Source: Lama guanicoe
Lineage: Eukaryota
NCBI GenBank assembly: GCA_013239625.1
Contig: MU057352.1
Span: forward strand, 32,452,904-32,516,903
Direction of reading: 5' to 3'
Length of the DNA: 64,000 nucleotides
This document shows, in pieces, positions 13,001 to 24,266 of the stretch (position 1 is the first letter of the stretch; the number at the start of each line of letters is the position of its first letter). A program made the translations under genes and the position numbers. Under the pieces are notes generated by a model. That model was not told where the DNA came from. It did no database searches and worked only from the letters and a program-made list of their open reading frames with translations.

Positions 13001-15996
13001 CCCTCACTTGCCCTTTCCAGCTGCTGTGGGTGGAGGTCATTTGTCCTCTTGCAGGGAGGAGAGGTACCCCTGCATCCCAGCCTTGTCTGAAAGGACAGAG
13101 GAGCCCCAGCAGCGGTAGCACCAAACCCGAAGGAGGCTGCCGAGACCAGCCAGCAGGTTGTTCCCAAGCGGGACCCAGCACCCCTCTCTGCCCTGACCGA
13201 CCCCCTGGCCTGTCCCTGCAGTGCTGAACAAGGACATTGCAGCCTGCCGCACGGCCACCATCACAGGGACGCTCAAGCGGCCGTCGCTGCCCGAGGAGGA
13301 GAAGCTGAAGCTGGCCCACGCCAAGGCGCCCCCCAACTTCAACAGCCTGCCAGCCAACGTGTCCAAGCTGCACCTGCATGGCTCGCCCCGCTGCCCGGGC
13401 GGCCCCCTGCCCGACTTCCCCAACCACTCGCTGACCCTCAAGAAAGACCGGGCGCCCAAGTCGTCCTTTGTCGGCGATGGGGACATCTTCAAGAAGCTGG
13501 ACACGGAGCTGAGCCGGGCCCAGGAGAAGGCCCTGGACACGAGCTACGTGATCCTGCCCACGGCCACAGCCACGCTGCGGCCCAAGCCCCAGGAGGAACC
13601 CAAGTACAGCATCCACATCGACCAGATGCCCCAGACCCGCCTCATCCACCTCAGCATGGCTCCTGACGCTGGCCGCCCAGCCCGCAGCCCACCCTCCCGC
13701 CAGACCCCCGGAGGTGGGCCCCCCGAAAGCCTGAAAGAGCCCGGGGAGCCTGCTGCCCACCCGGGGCCCAGCACGGGGCCCAGCACGGGGCCCGGGACCA
13801 AGAATGAGAATGTCACCACCTTGTCCGTGAGCTCCCTGGAGGTAAGGGCAGCCCAGGGGCAGGGAGGCAGGGGCCAGGTGGGCCCTAGCCAGCAATGGAC
13901 AGGCACATTGTGGGCACTGTGGGTTTGGGCCGGGGCTCAGCAGATGGGACTGAGGGTGTAGGGCGTCCCAGGTGAGGCTGGCGGCCAGCTTCAGGGAGCC
14001 CAGGAGTGGGGTGCCTGGAGGCCAGCATCTTGGCTCACCCCTGCCGGAAGGAGTCCCATTGTTAAGAAGAGAGACTGAGAACTTGCCTTTGCCTGCTGGC
14101 AAGAGATAGGGCTTTCTGGGCCCTCATAACTGGGAGCTGGCGCCTATGCTTAAACAGCCTCTTGTACCCTTGGTGGTGGTCTCACCCACTGCACAGGGGT
14201 TCAAGAGCCCACAGCCAGGACGCTGAGCTGGACTTGAACCAGCTTGAATCTAGCCCCTTCCGTGGTTGGGCACTCATGCCAGCCAGTCCCTCCTTAGACC
14301 AGTCCAAAACCTGGAGTTGACCCCCAGGCCTTGGTCAGCCTGTGGAATGGGGACTCAGAGACAGGAAGGGTGGGGAGCAGTCAGGCCCAGCACCCTTGAG
14401 GAGCCCCACCCTCCCCAGGCTGGGCTCCCACCTCCTGGATTATGGCCTCTGGTTATGCAGCCCTGGGTCCTGGTTCTGTGGCCACCCAGTCATGCCACGG
14501 CCCTGTGTCCAGACCTCTTTGTCCTGGGAGTGTGTCCTGGGCAGCCTGAGCTGGACACCCTTGCCCAGCCCTGGCACTGTCCTCGAGGTGGGACAGAAGG
14601 TAAGTCAGGGCTCATCACAGCCTGCCCTGCCTTCTAGGGCTTCTGGCTTCTGTTTCCTTAGGCCCAGTGACCCCTCATTCTGCCCACCGTCTTCCCCTAG
14701 AGCCCCCTGTCTGGGCTTCCTGTGTCTCCGGGCAGGGGTGACCTCCAAGGGGCCTGGGCACTGAGAGCCATAGCTTCAGTGCAACTAGAGGCGTGTCTCC
14801 CAGGACTTGGCTGGGACCGAGGGCAGGCATCCAGGTGAGGGGGTCCCTGGCCTCCTTTGTCCTCCGGCAAGGACTTGTGGTTGGGGGATTTGGGGGAATC
14901 TGGTTGTGAATGTGCGCAAACCCCTTCTCCCCACAGCGGCGGAAATCCCGATATGCGGAACTGGACTTTGAGGTGGGTCCTGGTTTCCCCTGCCCCACAC
15001 GCCTGGGCCCAGGCCTTCCAAAAGGCAGGGAGGGGTCTGGGGAGGAGGACCCCGCCCTGACCAGGAGGCCAGGCTCCAGGAGCCTGCCTTGGGTGGGGCA
15101 GGGCAGGGCAGCCCCCTCCTGGCTCAGGACTTGCTCCCCTTCTCCCCCTGCAGAAAATCATGCACACTCGGAAGCGGCACCAGGACATGTTCCAGGACCT
15201 GAACAGGAAGCTGCAGCACTCGGAGAAGGACAAGGAGGTGCTGGGCCCTGACAGCAAGGTCTGGAGGAAGCGGGGCGGGGTGTGGGGTGGGCGGGGCTGA
15301 GGGCAGGGGCGGGGTGAGGCTGTGGGAAGCCCTGTAGGTGAGGCTGCCTTCTCTCCTTCCTTCCACCCTACTTCATTCATTCGTTCGTTCAGCCTTTTGG
15401 GAGGGCTGGCCTGACCCAGCCCATTCTACGTACCCGGAGGAGCAGGGCAGGCAGAGGCGTCTGTCCCAGGGGCCCCGTCTGGAAGGACAGGCGGGGCACT
15501 GGGCTGGGGAAGCCTGGGCAGGGCTGCCTCCCAGAGGAGGGCGACAGCCAGGCGAGAGGCCCTGAGTGGGCAGGGGCTTCCAGCTGCCCTTCCCTGCAGC
15601 CCCCCCCCTACCCAGTGGTGGGGGGCCTTCACCCTCGTGCGGTCTGGGAGGGCTCTGCTGCTGCACTTCCCTCTCTGGGCTGGGGTCTCCCTGCCGCCCA
15701 CGCCTGCCTTTCTCACTGTCTGCCTCCTTGTCTCCACTCCCCACCTGCTCGGCATCTCCGTCTCGGGCCCACCGCCTCCACCGCCCGCCGGCCAGCAGCC
15801 AGAAAAGCAGCAGACGCCCAACAAGCGGCCCTGGGAGAGCCTCCGGAAAGCCCACGGGACGCCCGCGTGGGCGAGGAAGGAGCTGGAGCCGCCGCCGCCG
15901 TCGCCGTTGGAGCTGCGGAGCGTGGAGTGGGAGAAGTCGGGAGCCACCATCCCGCTGGTGGGCCAGGACATCATCGACCTCCAGACCGAGGTCTGA
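932..15996 (+). CDS. ADGRB1: Adhesion GPCR B1 (BAI1), 3' partial spliced CDS (TM5 to C-terminus)
   Basis: Exons 932-1017, 6140-6311, 9495-9590, 11113-11152, 13222-13841, 14937-14972, 15154-15258 and 15799-15996 all have GT-AG boundaries and compatible phases. They translate to [52 protein letters not shown]...[16 protein letters not shown]...[11 protein letters not shown], which is recognisable BAI1. The 5' exons lie outside the window. Confidence 0.97.
2893..2991 (+). CDS. ADGRB1: Putative alternative ADGRB1 cassette exon, 33-aa ICL3 insert ([33 protein letters not shown])
   Basis: ttgcag|T...GCCAT|gttagt; 99 nt; symmetric phase 2-2; no stop. It ends ASNAM-ASLWSSC, as in the recalled BAI3 (...TTASNAMASLWSSC) and BAI2 (...SARNAMASLWSSC) loops. 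Confidence 0.78.
6140..6311 (+). CDS. ADGRB1: ADGRB1 exon, TM6-TM7 (ASLWSSC...VHCILRRE)
   Basis: ccgcag|G...AGAGAG|gtggg; 172 nt; phase 2 to 0. Confidence 0.96.
9495..9590 (+). CDS. ADGRB1: ADGRB1 exon, helix 8/proximal tail (VQDAVKCR...HAQLM)
   Basis: ccccag|GTC...ATG|gtaggg; 96 nt. Confidence 0.96.
11113..11152 (+). CDS. ADGRB1: ADGRB1 small exon ([13 protein letters not shown])
   Basis: ctgcag|ACT...TCAG|gtgag; 40 nt; phase 0 to 1. Confidence 0.95.
13222..13841 (+). CDS. ADGRB1: ADGRB1 large cytoplasmic-tail exon ([10 protein letters not shown]...SVSSLE)
   Basis: ctgcag|TG...CTGGAG|gtaag; 620 nt; phase 1 to 0; corresponds to ORF 13221..13961. Confidence 0.96.
14937..14972 (+). CDS. ADGRB1: ADGRB1 exon ([12 protein letters not shown])
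   Basis: ccacag|CGG...GAG|gtggg; 36 nt. Confidence 0.95.
15154..15258 (+). CDS. ADGRB1: ADGRB1 exon with ELMO-binding RKR helix ([35 protein letters not shown])
   Basis: ctgcag|AAA...AAG|gtctgg; 105 nt. Confidence 0.94.
15799..15996 (+). CDS. ADGRB1: ADGRB1 last coding exon, ends in PDZ-binding motif QTEV
   Basis: Tandem acceptor cag|cag|CCAGAA; [20 protein letters not shown]...IIDLQTEV; TGA at 15994-15996. Confidence 0.96.
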   Translation, partial: PEKQQTPNKRPWESLRKAHGTPAWARKELEPPPPSPLELRSVEWEKSGATIPLVGQDIIDLQTEV

Positions 15997-16571
15997 GCGG
16001 CCGGGCAGCGGCCACGCACCGGGCCACAGAGGAGGGACGCTGCTCTGCCCGCTCCTGCCGGACGGGCACAGACACACTCGCGGGCGGCGGGCGAGGCCCG
16101 CGCCCCGGCCTCAGGGCGCTCGGACGGCGGCCAGGCAGAGGCCCGCAGTGCTGGGACCAGAGCCAGACGGGACAGGAGGCGGTGGCCCCTGTGGGCACAG
16201 GGCTCCTGAGGCCTGAAGGTGCCTCAGACTCTGCCCTCCTCGGGCCCGGCCCCGGTGGGCGGGCAGGCGGGCCGGTGGCCGTGGACAATGGCCAGGCCGG
16301 TGCGGCCAGCTTCCCCGGGATGCCCACCTGAGCTGCTGCAGCGGCGGACCAGCCTGCTCAGCCTGGCCGGCCTGGCACCGTTTTTTAGACACCCCCATCC
16401 CTCGGGAAGCAGCCAGCCCCACGTACCTTTCCAGGGCCCTGGGGCCGCTCCCCAGACCCAGGCGGAGAGCACGGCCCTCTCCCCTACGCCACCCCAGGGG
16501 CAGGACCAGAAGCCCACTCCGGGAAGAAGCAGGGGTGGGGAATCTATTTTTTCTCTCCTTTTCTTTTCTTC

Positions 16572-16577
16572 AATAAA
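16572..16577 (+). terminator. ADGRB1 polyadenylation signal AATAAA (ATTAAA follows at 16582-16587)
   Basis: AATAAA preceded by a U-rich tract, ~575 nt after the stop codon, in an otherwise GC-rich UTR. Confidence 0.85.
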
Positions 16578-17201
16578 AAGAATTAAAAACCCACATCCTC
16601 TCTGCGTGGCCATCCTCTGTGCAGCATGCAAGCCCAGATCCTGTGGGCTGGGGGTGGGCTTTGCTGGCCTTGGCCCCTCCACCCAGGTCAGGGACAGGAA
16701 TTTGACCTCCCCGTGTGCCCAGAGTCATTGCTGGACAAAGACCAGAGGGTGCTTTTAAAAACAGTCTGAGACAGGAGAAAGAAACGTGGGGGCAGAGGAT
16801 CTGGAAAGGGGGGGAGCCTTGAGAACTTGGGACCCCCGTCCTTCCGCTGGCCTCAGTGGGCCTCCCCCAGGACCCCACCCTCTTCTGTATCATCCCTGTC
16901 CCACCTGCCTCCCCCCGTTGCTGGGCTGGACTGGCTGGACTTGGAACCAGGTGCCTGTTGCCCCCAGGCCTTGGTGGTCTCAGCTGTCAAGGCATGGGGA
17001 TGACGGACAGATGTGAACACACCCAGAGCCGCCCCCATGCCTGCGGGTGCTGGGTACATGCCAGGACCCTTCCCCATCTCTCCAGCTCTCTGCCTCCTTC
17101 CAGCTCGGCCTGGCCCATGGCCCCTGCTGGTTTCTGGGTCTGAGCTGTGAAGTGCTCACCCAGCGAGTGGAAGTGCCGGGGCCTGTGTCTCCTCCATGCT
17201 T

Positions 17202-17215
17202 CCAGCAGGGGGCAG
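17202..17215 (+). promoter_or_regulatory. Candidate CTCF motif
   Basis: CCAGCAGGGGGCAG fits the CTCF core CCASYAGRKGGCRS; motif match only. Confidence 0.3.
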
Positions 17216-19309
17216 CCTGAGCCTCCCCAAGGCGCTGGCTGGGGAGCCAGGAGCCTGGGAGAGGCGGTTAAGCAGGTTCCCTCCCCACCAAGCTGTGTTC
17301 CCCACCCCGGGAAGCCCCAGGGCCTCAGCCAGCCAGGAGGGCTGCGCTGGGCCCCAAGAGGCAGCAGAGGGGCCACCTGCCCAAGGAGGAGGTATACAGG
17401 TGGGTCATTTGGAGACCCACACCCGGAGATCATGGGCCCCCAACCAAGTCATGCAGAATGAAAACAATGCCAGCCCCAGCTGAGGGGCGGGGGGCTGCCC
17501 GGCTCGGGGTCCCCATGGCAGCCTTGCTCCCCAAGTCGGGGCTCAGCTTGTGGGAATCTTGCTGATGTGCCTGTGACCACCACTCCCCAACTCCAGGGTC
17601 CTCAGCAGCATGTGGAGATGGGCCTGGAGAGGGGCTTGGCAGGGGCTGCCACATATGTGAGTGACCGCAGTGACCACTGGTGACCACAAGTGACCGTGGA
17701 TGGAGAGGGATCCTGGTGACCATGCATGGCTGGGAGGGGCTGAGTGACCACGACTGGCCTGAGTGAGTGGACACCAGCAAGGGAGGGGAGCGTGGCCACC
17801 AAGAGGACGTGCTGCAAATCCCCCCCAGTCGCACACAGCAGGGAGCCGGCGCCTCACGAGGGCGCGGTCGCCGAGCCCAATTCTGAACCCCTCAAAAAGC
17901 CAGCATTTGGGGTGAGATTTGGCGGCAAAACCAGACCCAGACTGAAGCTTGATACAGCTCACTTGTTACAGATCATTAACCACTAAATACACGTTTGCAG
18001 GTTTGAGAAGCCCCTGCCCTGGGGTCTCAGTGAAATCCCACACGTGCTCAGTGCTGGCTCTCTACACCCAGAGAGGCTTGAATTCCAAGCCCACCTGGCC
18101 CAGGGCGTTCAGATGAGGGCCATGTCCTGTGCTGGTCTCCGCTTCCTCTGGCTGTTACAGAAGGAAGCTGGAGGGCGCCTAGGAGCAGGGGGGTCCAAGT
18201 GGAGAAAGTCCTGAGCCCCCAGCAACTGTCCCCCACTTCCCCCGGCCGGCCCCCTCCGTGAAGGCAGCACAGGGCACTGGGCCAGGGTCTGGGAGGCTGG
18301 ACTTCTGCAGAGGGCTCACCAGCGTCTTCCTGGAGTGACCAGGCAGGGTCTTGCCAGCTCCCTGACCTCCCGTCCCATTCATGCCCAGGACCTCATGCGA
18401 AAGAAAACCTGAAAGAAAAAATTAAAAAGACAAGATGGACCCAAGCCACCCACTCCCTGTACGCAAGAGGAGTGCCTCAGATGGTGTGGGCCGCTGATGT
18501 CAGGGCTTGGTGTGGCACCAGGGTCCAGGCTCAGAGTGACCAGAGTTAGGGTCAGCCTGTGTGAACAGACTCCAGTTTTCCTCTGATCCTGGTTCTTCTG
18601 TCCAAGAAGGCTCTGTCTTTCTGGGAGAGGCCACACCTTCTGTTCTGCTTGGACCTGGTGTTCACAGCTGCTCAGGCAGTGACTAGTCATAGAAATTTCT
18701 CTCTGCTCCCTTGCTTTCCATGCAAGAAGCCTGCCAGGGGTGTCCCTGCAAGACTCGTCAAAACCCTTGGGCCCTGCCCGGGTCTACCCTCCATCACCTT
18801 CTTGTGGTGAGCCCTGTCCCGGGCAGTGCTCCGGGCCACGGACCCCGAGGTGCTCAGCGCTGGGGCAGGACCTCTGCACTCATCCAGCGGTTTAGACTGC
18901 TGTGCTGCCAGCACGGGACAAGGCAGCGGTCCTGATGCCACCTGCAGAAGAGGAGACCAAGACTCAGAGTGGCGAAGGGATGCTGCCAGCGTCCCACGTG
19001 TAGTGAGGGAGGAGCTGAGTCTGCCCTTGGCTCTCCTGGCTCTGGTTCCTAGACCCTCCCCTCAGTGGGTCAGCTATGCAAGGGCAGCCTTGGCGTCTCC
19101 ATCTCCATCGGCTCCCTCCACTAGAAGCCACTCCTTTCCAGAGCTGGCCAGGCCACTAGAAAGATCTTCCTGGACCTGTGGTCTCTTCGTTGTCTTGGCG
19201 TCTTTGCACACGTGCCATCTTCCCCTGCGGCCTGTCGCTGGCGAGGCTAAGAATGCCGCCTCTGCCGCCTTCATCTGCCGTCGGCGGCACCACCAAGCCC
19301 GACGGAGAG

Positions 19310-19645
19310 GACGGCGGTGGTCATGGTGGGCAGGGGTGTGCAGCCAAGGCTGTTGGTGACAGTTTTGTGGATGGAGCTGGAGGTCTCGGTGATGATGGCG
19401 GNNNNNNNNNNNNNNNNNNNNNNNNNNNNNNNNNNNNNNNNNNNNNNNNNNNNNNNNNNNNNNNNNNNNNNNNNNNNNNNNNNNNNNNNNNNNNNNNNNN
19501 NNNNNNNNNNNNNNNNNNNNNNNNNNNNNNNNATGGTGCTGACGGTGGTGGTGATGGTGGAGGTGGTAGAGCTGGAGATGGAGACAGTGGCAGCAGTGGG
19601 GAGTGATTCTGGTGCTGGTGATGCCTAAGGTGGCAGCCACCATGA
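19310..19645. repeat. (TGG/TGA)n-like low-complexity repeat containing an assembly gap (N 19402-19532)
   Basis: ggtggtgatggtggaggtgg-type triplets on both sides of the N run. Confidence 0.75.
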
Positions 19646-21222
19646 TCCATGTTGCTGATGGCGGTACTTCTGGGATTGAAAATCAGGATCTGACCAGGTC
19701 ACCTTGTCCCCCACTCCCACAGACGGGGAGCATCTGGAGGATGGACGGGTGGACAGGCAGAAAGAGGGAGGCATGAGGATGGTGACTGGAGCCTCTGAGT
19801 CACCTGGGGTTGGAGCTGCCAGGAGTGGCAGCCGCCAGGAGCTGTGTGTGTCACCAGCACCCACACCCCTGAGACTGGAGGCAGCTCCTCCTCACCTGGC
19901 TCCCACCTGTTTGTTCTCTTCCCTGTCACCTGCTCCAGCAGTGCAGGAGGCAAGGAGACCCAAGAAGCCCCCACTCTTACCCTGGGCGGCCCTGCCTCTG
20001 AGCGGTGGAGGCTTTTCTGGCAAGGTCTTCTCAACCACCTTTCCCACCTCACTTCCTGGCCCCAACCCAGCCATAAACACACGCACTGTCAGGAAGTCCT
20101 TCCTCTGGTCTAACCTCATGCTGCAGTAGGAAGGGCTCCTGCCCCCATCAGCAGACCTGCTCTCAGTCCTTACGCGCCCCGAGCCTGGTAGACCACTCCC
20201 TCCACCGCTGTCGGGGCTGCTTCTTGACCACCAGTTGGACACCTCCCAACCTCCTTCAGGTCTCATTCAAGGTGAAGGACAGACCCTCCCTAGGCTCTCA
20301 CAGCAAATCCACTGTGTGCTTCATGCTCCAGAACTTGTTCCAGAACCTTCCAGACTGCTCTTCCCAACTCTGCTCCACCCACCCCCAGCTCACTGCAACC
20401 TCCTAAAACCAGGGCATGTGTCGCCGGAACACAGGCCTGGAGAGCTGCCACCTCCCTGTCCCATCCCCACGTGGCTCCCCAAGGTGACAGGACAGCTGGG
20501 GTCCCATGTAAGAAGCCCAGAAACTGCCACCCACCCCCATCTTGGCCATTCCACTGCCCTGGGAGATGACCAGGCCACCCTTTCTGACAGATGTAAAAGC
20601 CTGGGGGCCTGGGCCGCTGTCCTCGGCAGGGCCCTGTTGGCATTTTGGCTCAAGGCCACCAAGGCCTGCCTGGAGCTGCCCGCAGACCTCAGAGTGCATG
20701 GGTCAGGGACGGGAAGGGAGGGGTCACAAGGACCCCCCTACAGTCCAGCTCTGCCATTGTTGCCTGTGGCCGGGGGAGGTCTCTGACCCCCCAGCAGAGT
20801 GGGGATCCCACAGTCCCCTCCCTGCAGACACCTGGGAGTTGGTGCAGGTGATTCTGGACCCTGCAGGACCTCCTCCATGTCCCTGCCTGGTGTGCCCCTG
20901 CCCACTGGGGCATCGGTGCCCCTGTCCAGTTCTGCTTAGAGAGGCCCACAGCGGGGCCCCAAGGCAGTGAGAACCCCTCACAGGGTGAGACCCCCTCACA
21001 GGGGCCTCCCTCCCCTCAGGGTGAGGGTGAGGTGGCCCTGACCCCCGCTCCCTGGCCTCAGGGCTGGCTGGGGCAGGAGGCCTTGACCTCTCTGGGCCTC
21101 GGTCCCCCTGGGCGCCGGGGGAGCAGGACCTGGGGACTAAGATCGCTTCCAGGCCGGCAGTCTGACTCCACACCTCTCCAGGCGTGGGGAGCAGCGGGCT
21201 CCCCAGGTTACTTTGTCAGGCC

Positions 21223-21358
21223 CTAAAAATAACCAGGAGCGGAGGGGCGTCTCTGAATAGCTCTCAGACGTGCCAGGCACTGCCCCCCCGGAGCGGAAGG
21301 GCCTCCCAGTAAGGCCTTGGCAGAGGCGGAAGCGAGCCAGACGGCACTGCTCACGTCA
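21223..21358. promoter_or_regulatory. Candidate enhancer: MEF2 site, two ETS cores and a CRE-like site
   Basis: CTAAAAATAA at 21223-21232; GCGGAAG at 21293-21299 and 21326-21332; TCACGTCA (reverse complement TGACGTGA) at 21351-21358. Confidence 0.4.
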
Positions 21359-23493
21359 GCTCCCGGCTGTGCAGCCGGAGCCTCCCTCCCAGGGACGCCA
21401 GCCCCAGGCGGTGGGCCTGGGGCAGCGCACGGCCGGGGGCCTGGTGAGGTGGGCTCAGGCTGGATGCCCAGAGCCTGCCTGGGCTGGGGACAGCTTTTGA
21501 CAAAAGAGCACTGGGGTTCCAGAATTTAGAAACACAGAACCTAAGATTTACTGGTCTGGAAACCTACATTTATACATATGGAATCTTAGGACAATCAAAT
21601 TCAGAAGACCTCCTCCTCCAAGCTCAGGGGACCAGAGGGAAGGGCCTCCCCACCCCCTGCACCCCAAGCCTGGCCTCGGAACGAGGCAACACCCCGACTG
21701 GGGATGGGGCCAGCCAGCTGCAGTGGCGGCGGGGGGGGGGGGGCTGCCATCCCAGGAAGGCGGAGGAGGTGTTGCCAGGCTCAGATGGCTCCCTGGGAAC
21801 ACCATATGGACCCCACCCCAGAAGGGGAGTTGGGAGGGGAGGGAGGCCCCCTCCTCCCTCTGTCCCTGGGAGCTCCCTGGGAGGCAGATGGTGGGCGGGG
21901 ATGGCCTGGAGGCCAGGGTTCCAGGACAGCTCTGCTGCCAGGACCTCGGGCCCTGTCCCCTGCTGGTTTTCCTGCCCCACCAGCCCCTGCTCCCACCCCA
22001 CCCCCACCCCCGTCTGTGTTCTTTGTACTCACTCTCAGATCATTTCCAGGCCCTGGGTCCCCCAGTCCTTAGAGGGGAAGCAGCTGACAGGCTTCTCCCC
22101 GGTCCCTCCTAAGGGCGACCTCCTGGATGGAGGAGGGTGGCCTGGAAGGAAAGGGACGGTCCTTACTTAGGCCTCACCCAGAAGGAATGAGGGGGCTTCT
22201 GAGGCCCAGAGAGGGCTCTGTGCCATCCCAGGGCACCACTGAGCTGCTAGGAGCAGGTGTGGCCAGGTCACAGGGCTGGGTCTGGACTGCTGCTGGCTCA
22301 GCCCCAGAAATCCCATGTCCCAGCCCTCACCGGGCCCTCGTCGGCCTCTCTCCTTCGGTCTCTGCCTTTGGCTGTCAGAGGCTCTCCTGGACCCAGTCTC
22401 ACTGGAGTTTCCCGTCCTTGCCCCTCCTGGTCTCTTCAGAGTCACTGTGTCTTGCTTGCTTCAGGCTTTGGCCTGGGGGTCTGGTCCCCCTCAGGACAGG
22501 GGCCACCCCGAACCCCACAGTGCGCGTAAGGTCTGCTCTTCTGACAGCTGGGCGGGCCGAGAGGGACCCTGGGGAGCAGGCCCAGCAGCACGCTGGGGAG
22601 GGCCACAGACTGCCTTCCCTGGCCTCCAGGTGCATGCAGGAATGTGGCCACTGCTGGAGGAGTGGGACAGAGGAGTGAGCAGGACGGGCAGAGGCCAGGG
22701 AGGAGGCCAGGCTGGGGCCCCGGCTGCAGAGTGGAAGTATGTGCCAAGGGCAGCAGGCCACTCGGACACTTGAGGCTGAGGCGGCCTCAGTCCAGTCTCA
22801 TCGGTCTTGTTGGTCTCAGTGGCCCATCACTGCACACCCCCCAGGCATGCCAGGCCTGCAGGGACAGCGGTGGTGGGCCCCCAGGCTCCCGGCAGAGGCT
22901 CCCAGGGCAGGTGGACTTCAGTGAGGACCAGACCCATGGCAGGACCACCTGTGAGGACCCAGGGGGTGACGGCAGGCCTCTGCCCCGCCTTTATCATCAT
23001 CACCTATCACAGAGGGGGCACTGGCGGACGAGAGGGGGCACGACCCGCCCAAAGCCGCGGAAGTCAGCCAGCCGAAGTCAGGCCCCCGGGCGCCGCAGCT
23101 GCGTTCCCACCACCACACTGGTCACCTGTGCACACGAGTTTTAGAAGTGACTGCATTTTCTACATATTTCCTTTACTCCACTTTTATCATTCACTGGCCT
23201 ATCAACTACACGGATTCCTCCTGCTCCTTTCCAGCTTGCCTTTGAAATGTAACCAGCTATTTCACTTAACAAGCACTAAAGTGTATCAGTGTACTGAGCC
23301 CCCTTCCAAACCAGCCATGGACCTCGGAACATGCTGACATTTTTCTTGGGGCTCACAGGGTGGTGTCCTCTATTATTTTAGTTATTTTTTACTGCCACTA
23401 ATTAGACATTATCATCTTTTTTTAAAAATAGACAACATTTGGTTATATTCACTTATGTGTAACAGTTTCTTTGCTCACCGTTTAATTGGGTTC

Positions 23494-24266
23494 TGTGCCC
23501 AGCTCCACTTCGTGGGAGTGTAGGGGGGCTCCCCCCACCAACAGGCACTGCTCCAGACACCAGCTGGGTGTCCCACAGTTCACCTCAGTTCCGACTGTCT
23601 GCCTGGGACATCAGACCCACGGGGTTAGGGGCTCAGTCCCACAAGACTCCCCCTAGCCCACATTTCAGACACCAGTCTCAAGGCCAGGTTGTCACCTGTG
23701 CTTTTGACCAAACTGTGACAGACCCGAGGCTCCCGGAGCCCCCACCGCAGGTTTGATTAATTTGCTCACAGAACTCAGAGAACCATTTTGCTTGCCGGAT
23801 CACTGGTCTACCACGAAAGAACACAGCTCAGGAACACGGGGCAAGGATCGTGGGAAAAGAACTGGCGTTTCACGGTCTCTCTGAACACTTCTGTCTCCTT
23901 GAACCTCCACGTGGCCATCAGTGCAGAAGCTCTCCGAACCCCGTCCTTCTGGGGGTCTATGGAGGGTTCATTACATAGACATAACTGATTAAGTCACTGG
24001 CCATTGACAGCTGATTCAGCCTGCAGCCCCGCTCCCCTCCGGGGAGGTCCGAGGGTGGGGCTGAAAGTTGCAACCCTCTAATCACATGGTTGGTTCTCCT
24101 GGCCACCAGCCCCAACCTACTTCTGGGTCCAAAAGTCACCTCCTTAACATAACAAAAGACCCCTTTAAACTCTCATCACTTAGGACCTTACAAGGATTTC
24201 GGGGCTCTGTGCCAAGAAAAGGGAGGAAGATCAGAAATACACTTCACATTGTAAATCACTGTCTCA
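23494..24266. mobile_element. MER21-like ERVL solo LTR
   Basis: Recalled MER21 motifs gacaccagctgggtgtcc, gggctcagtcccacaagact, ccaggttgtcacctgtgcttttgacc and aatttgctcacagaactcag; boundaries approximate. Confidence 0.7.

Noticed and set aside
12291-14102. 603-aa minus-strand ORF
   Set aside because: It is the antisense shadow of the GC3-rich ADGRB1 exon plus GC-rich intron, with a non-ATG start and no recognisable domain.
19074-19650. His-rich and Gly/Val-rich ORFs
   Set aside because: These are translations of a triplet low-complexity repeat read through an N gap.
20968-21003. 18-bp tandem duplication gtgaga(a/c)cccctcacagg, possibly CRISPR-like
   Set aside because: Only two adjacent copies with no spacers, in mammalian DNA; an ordinary slippage duplication.
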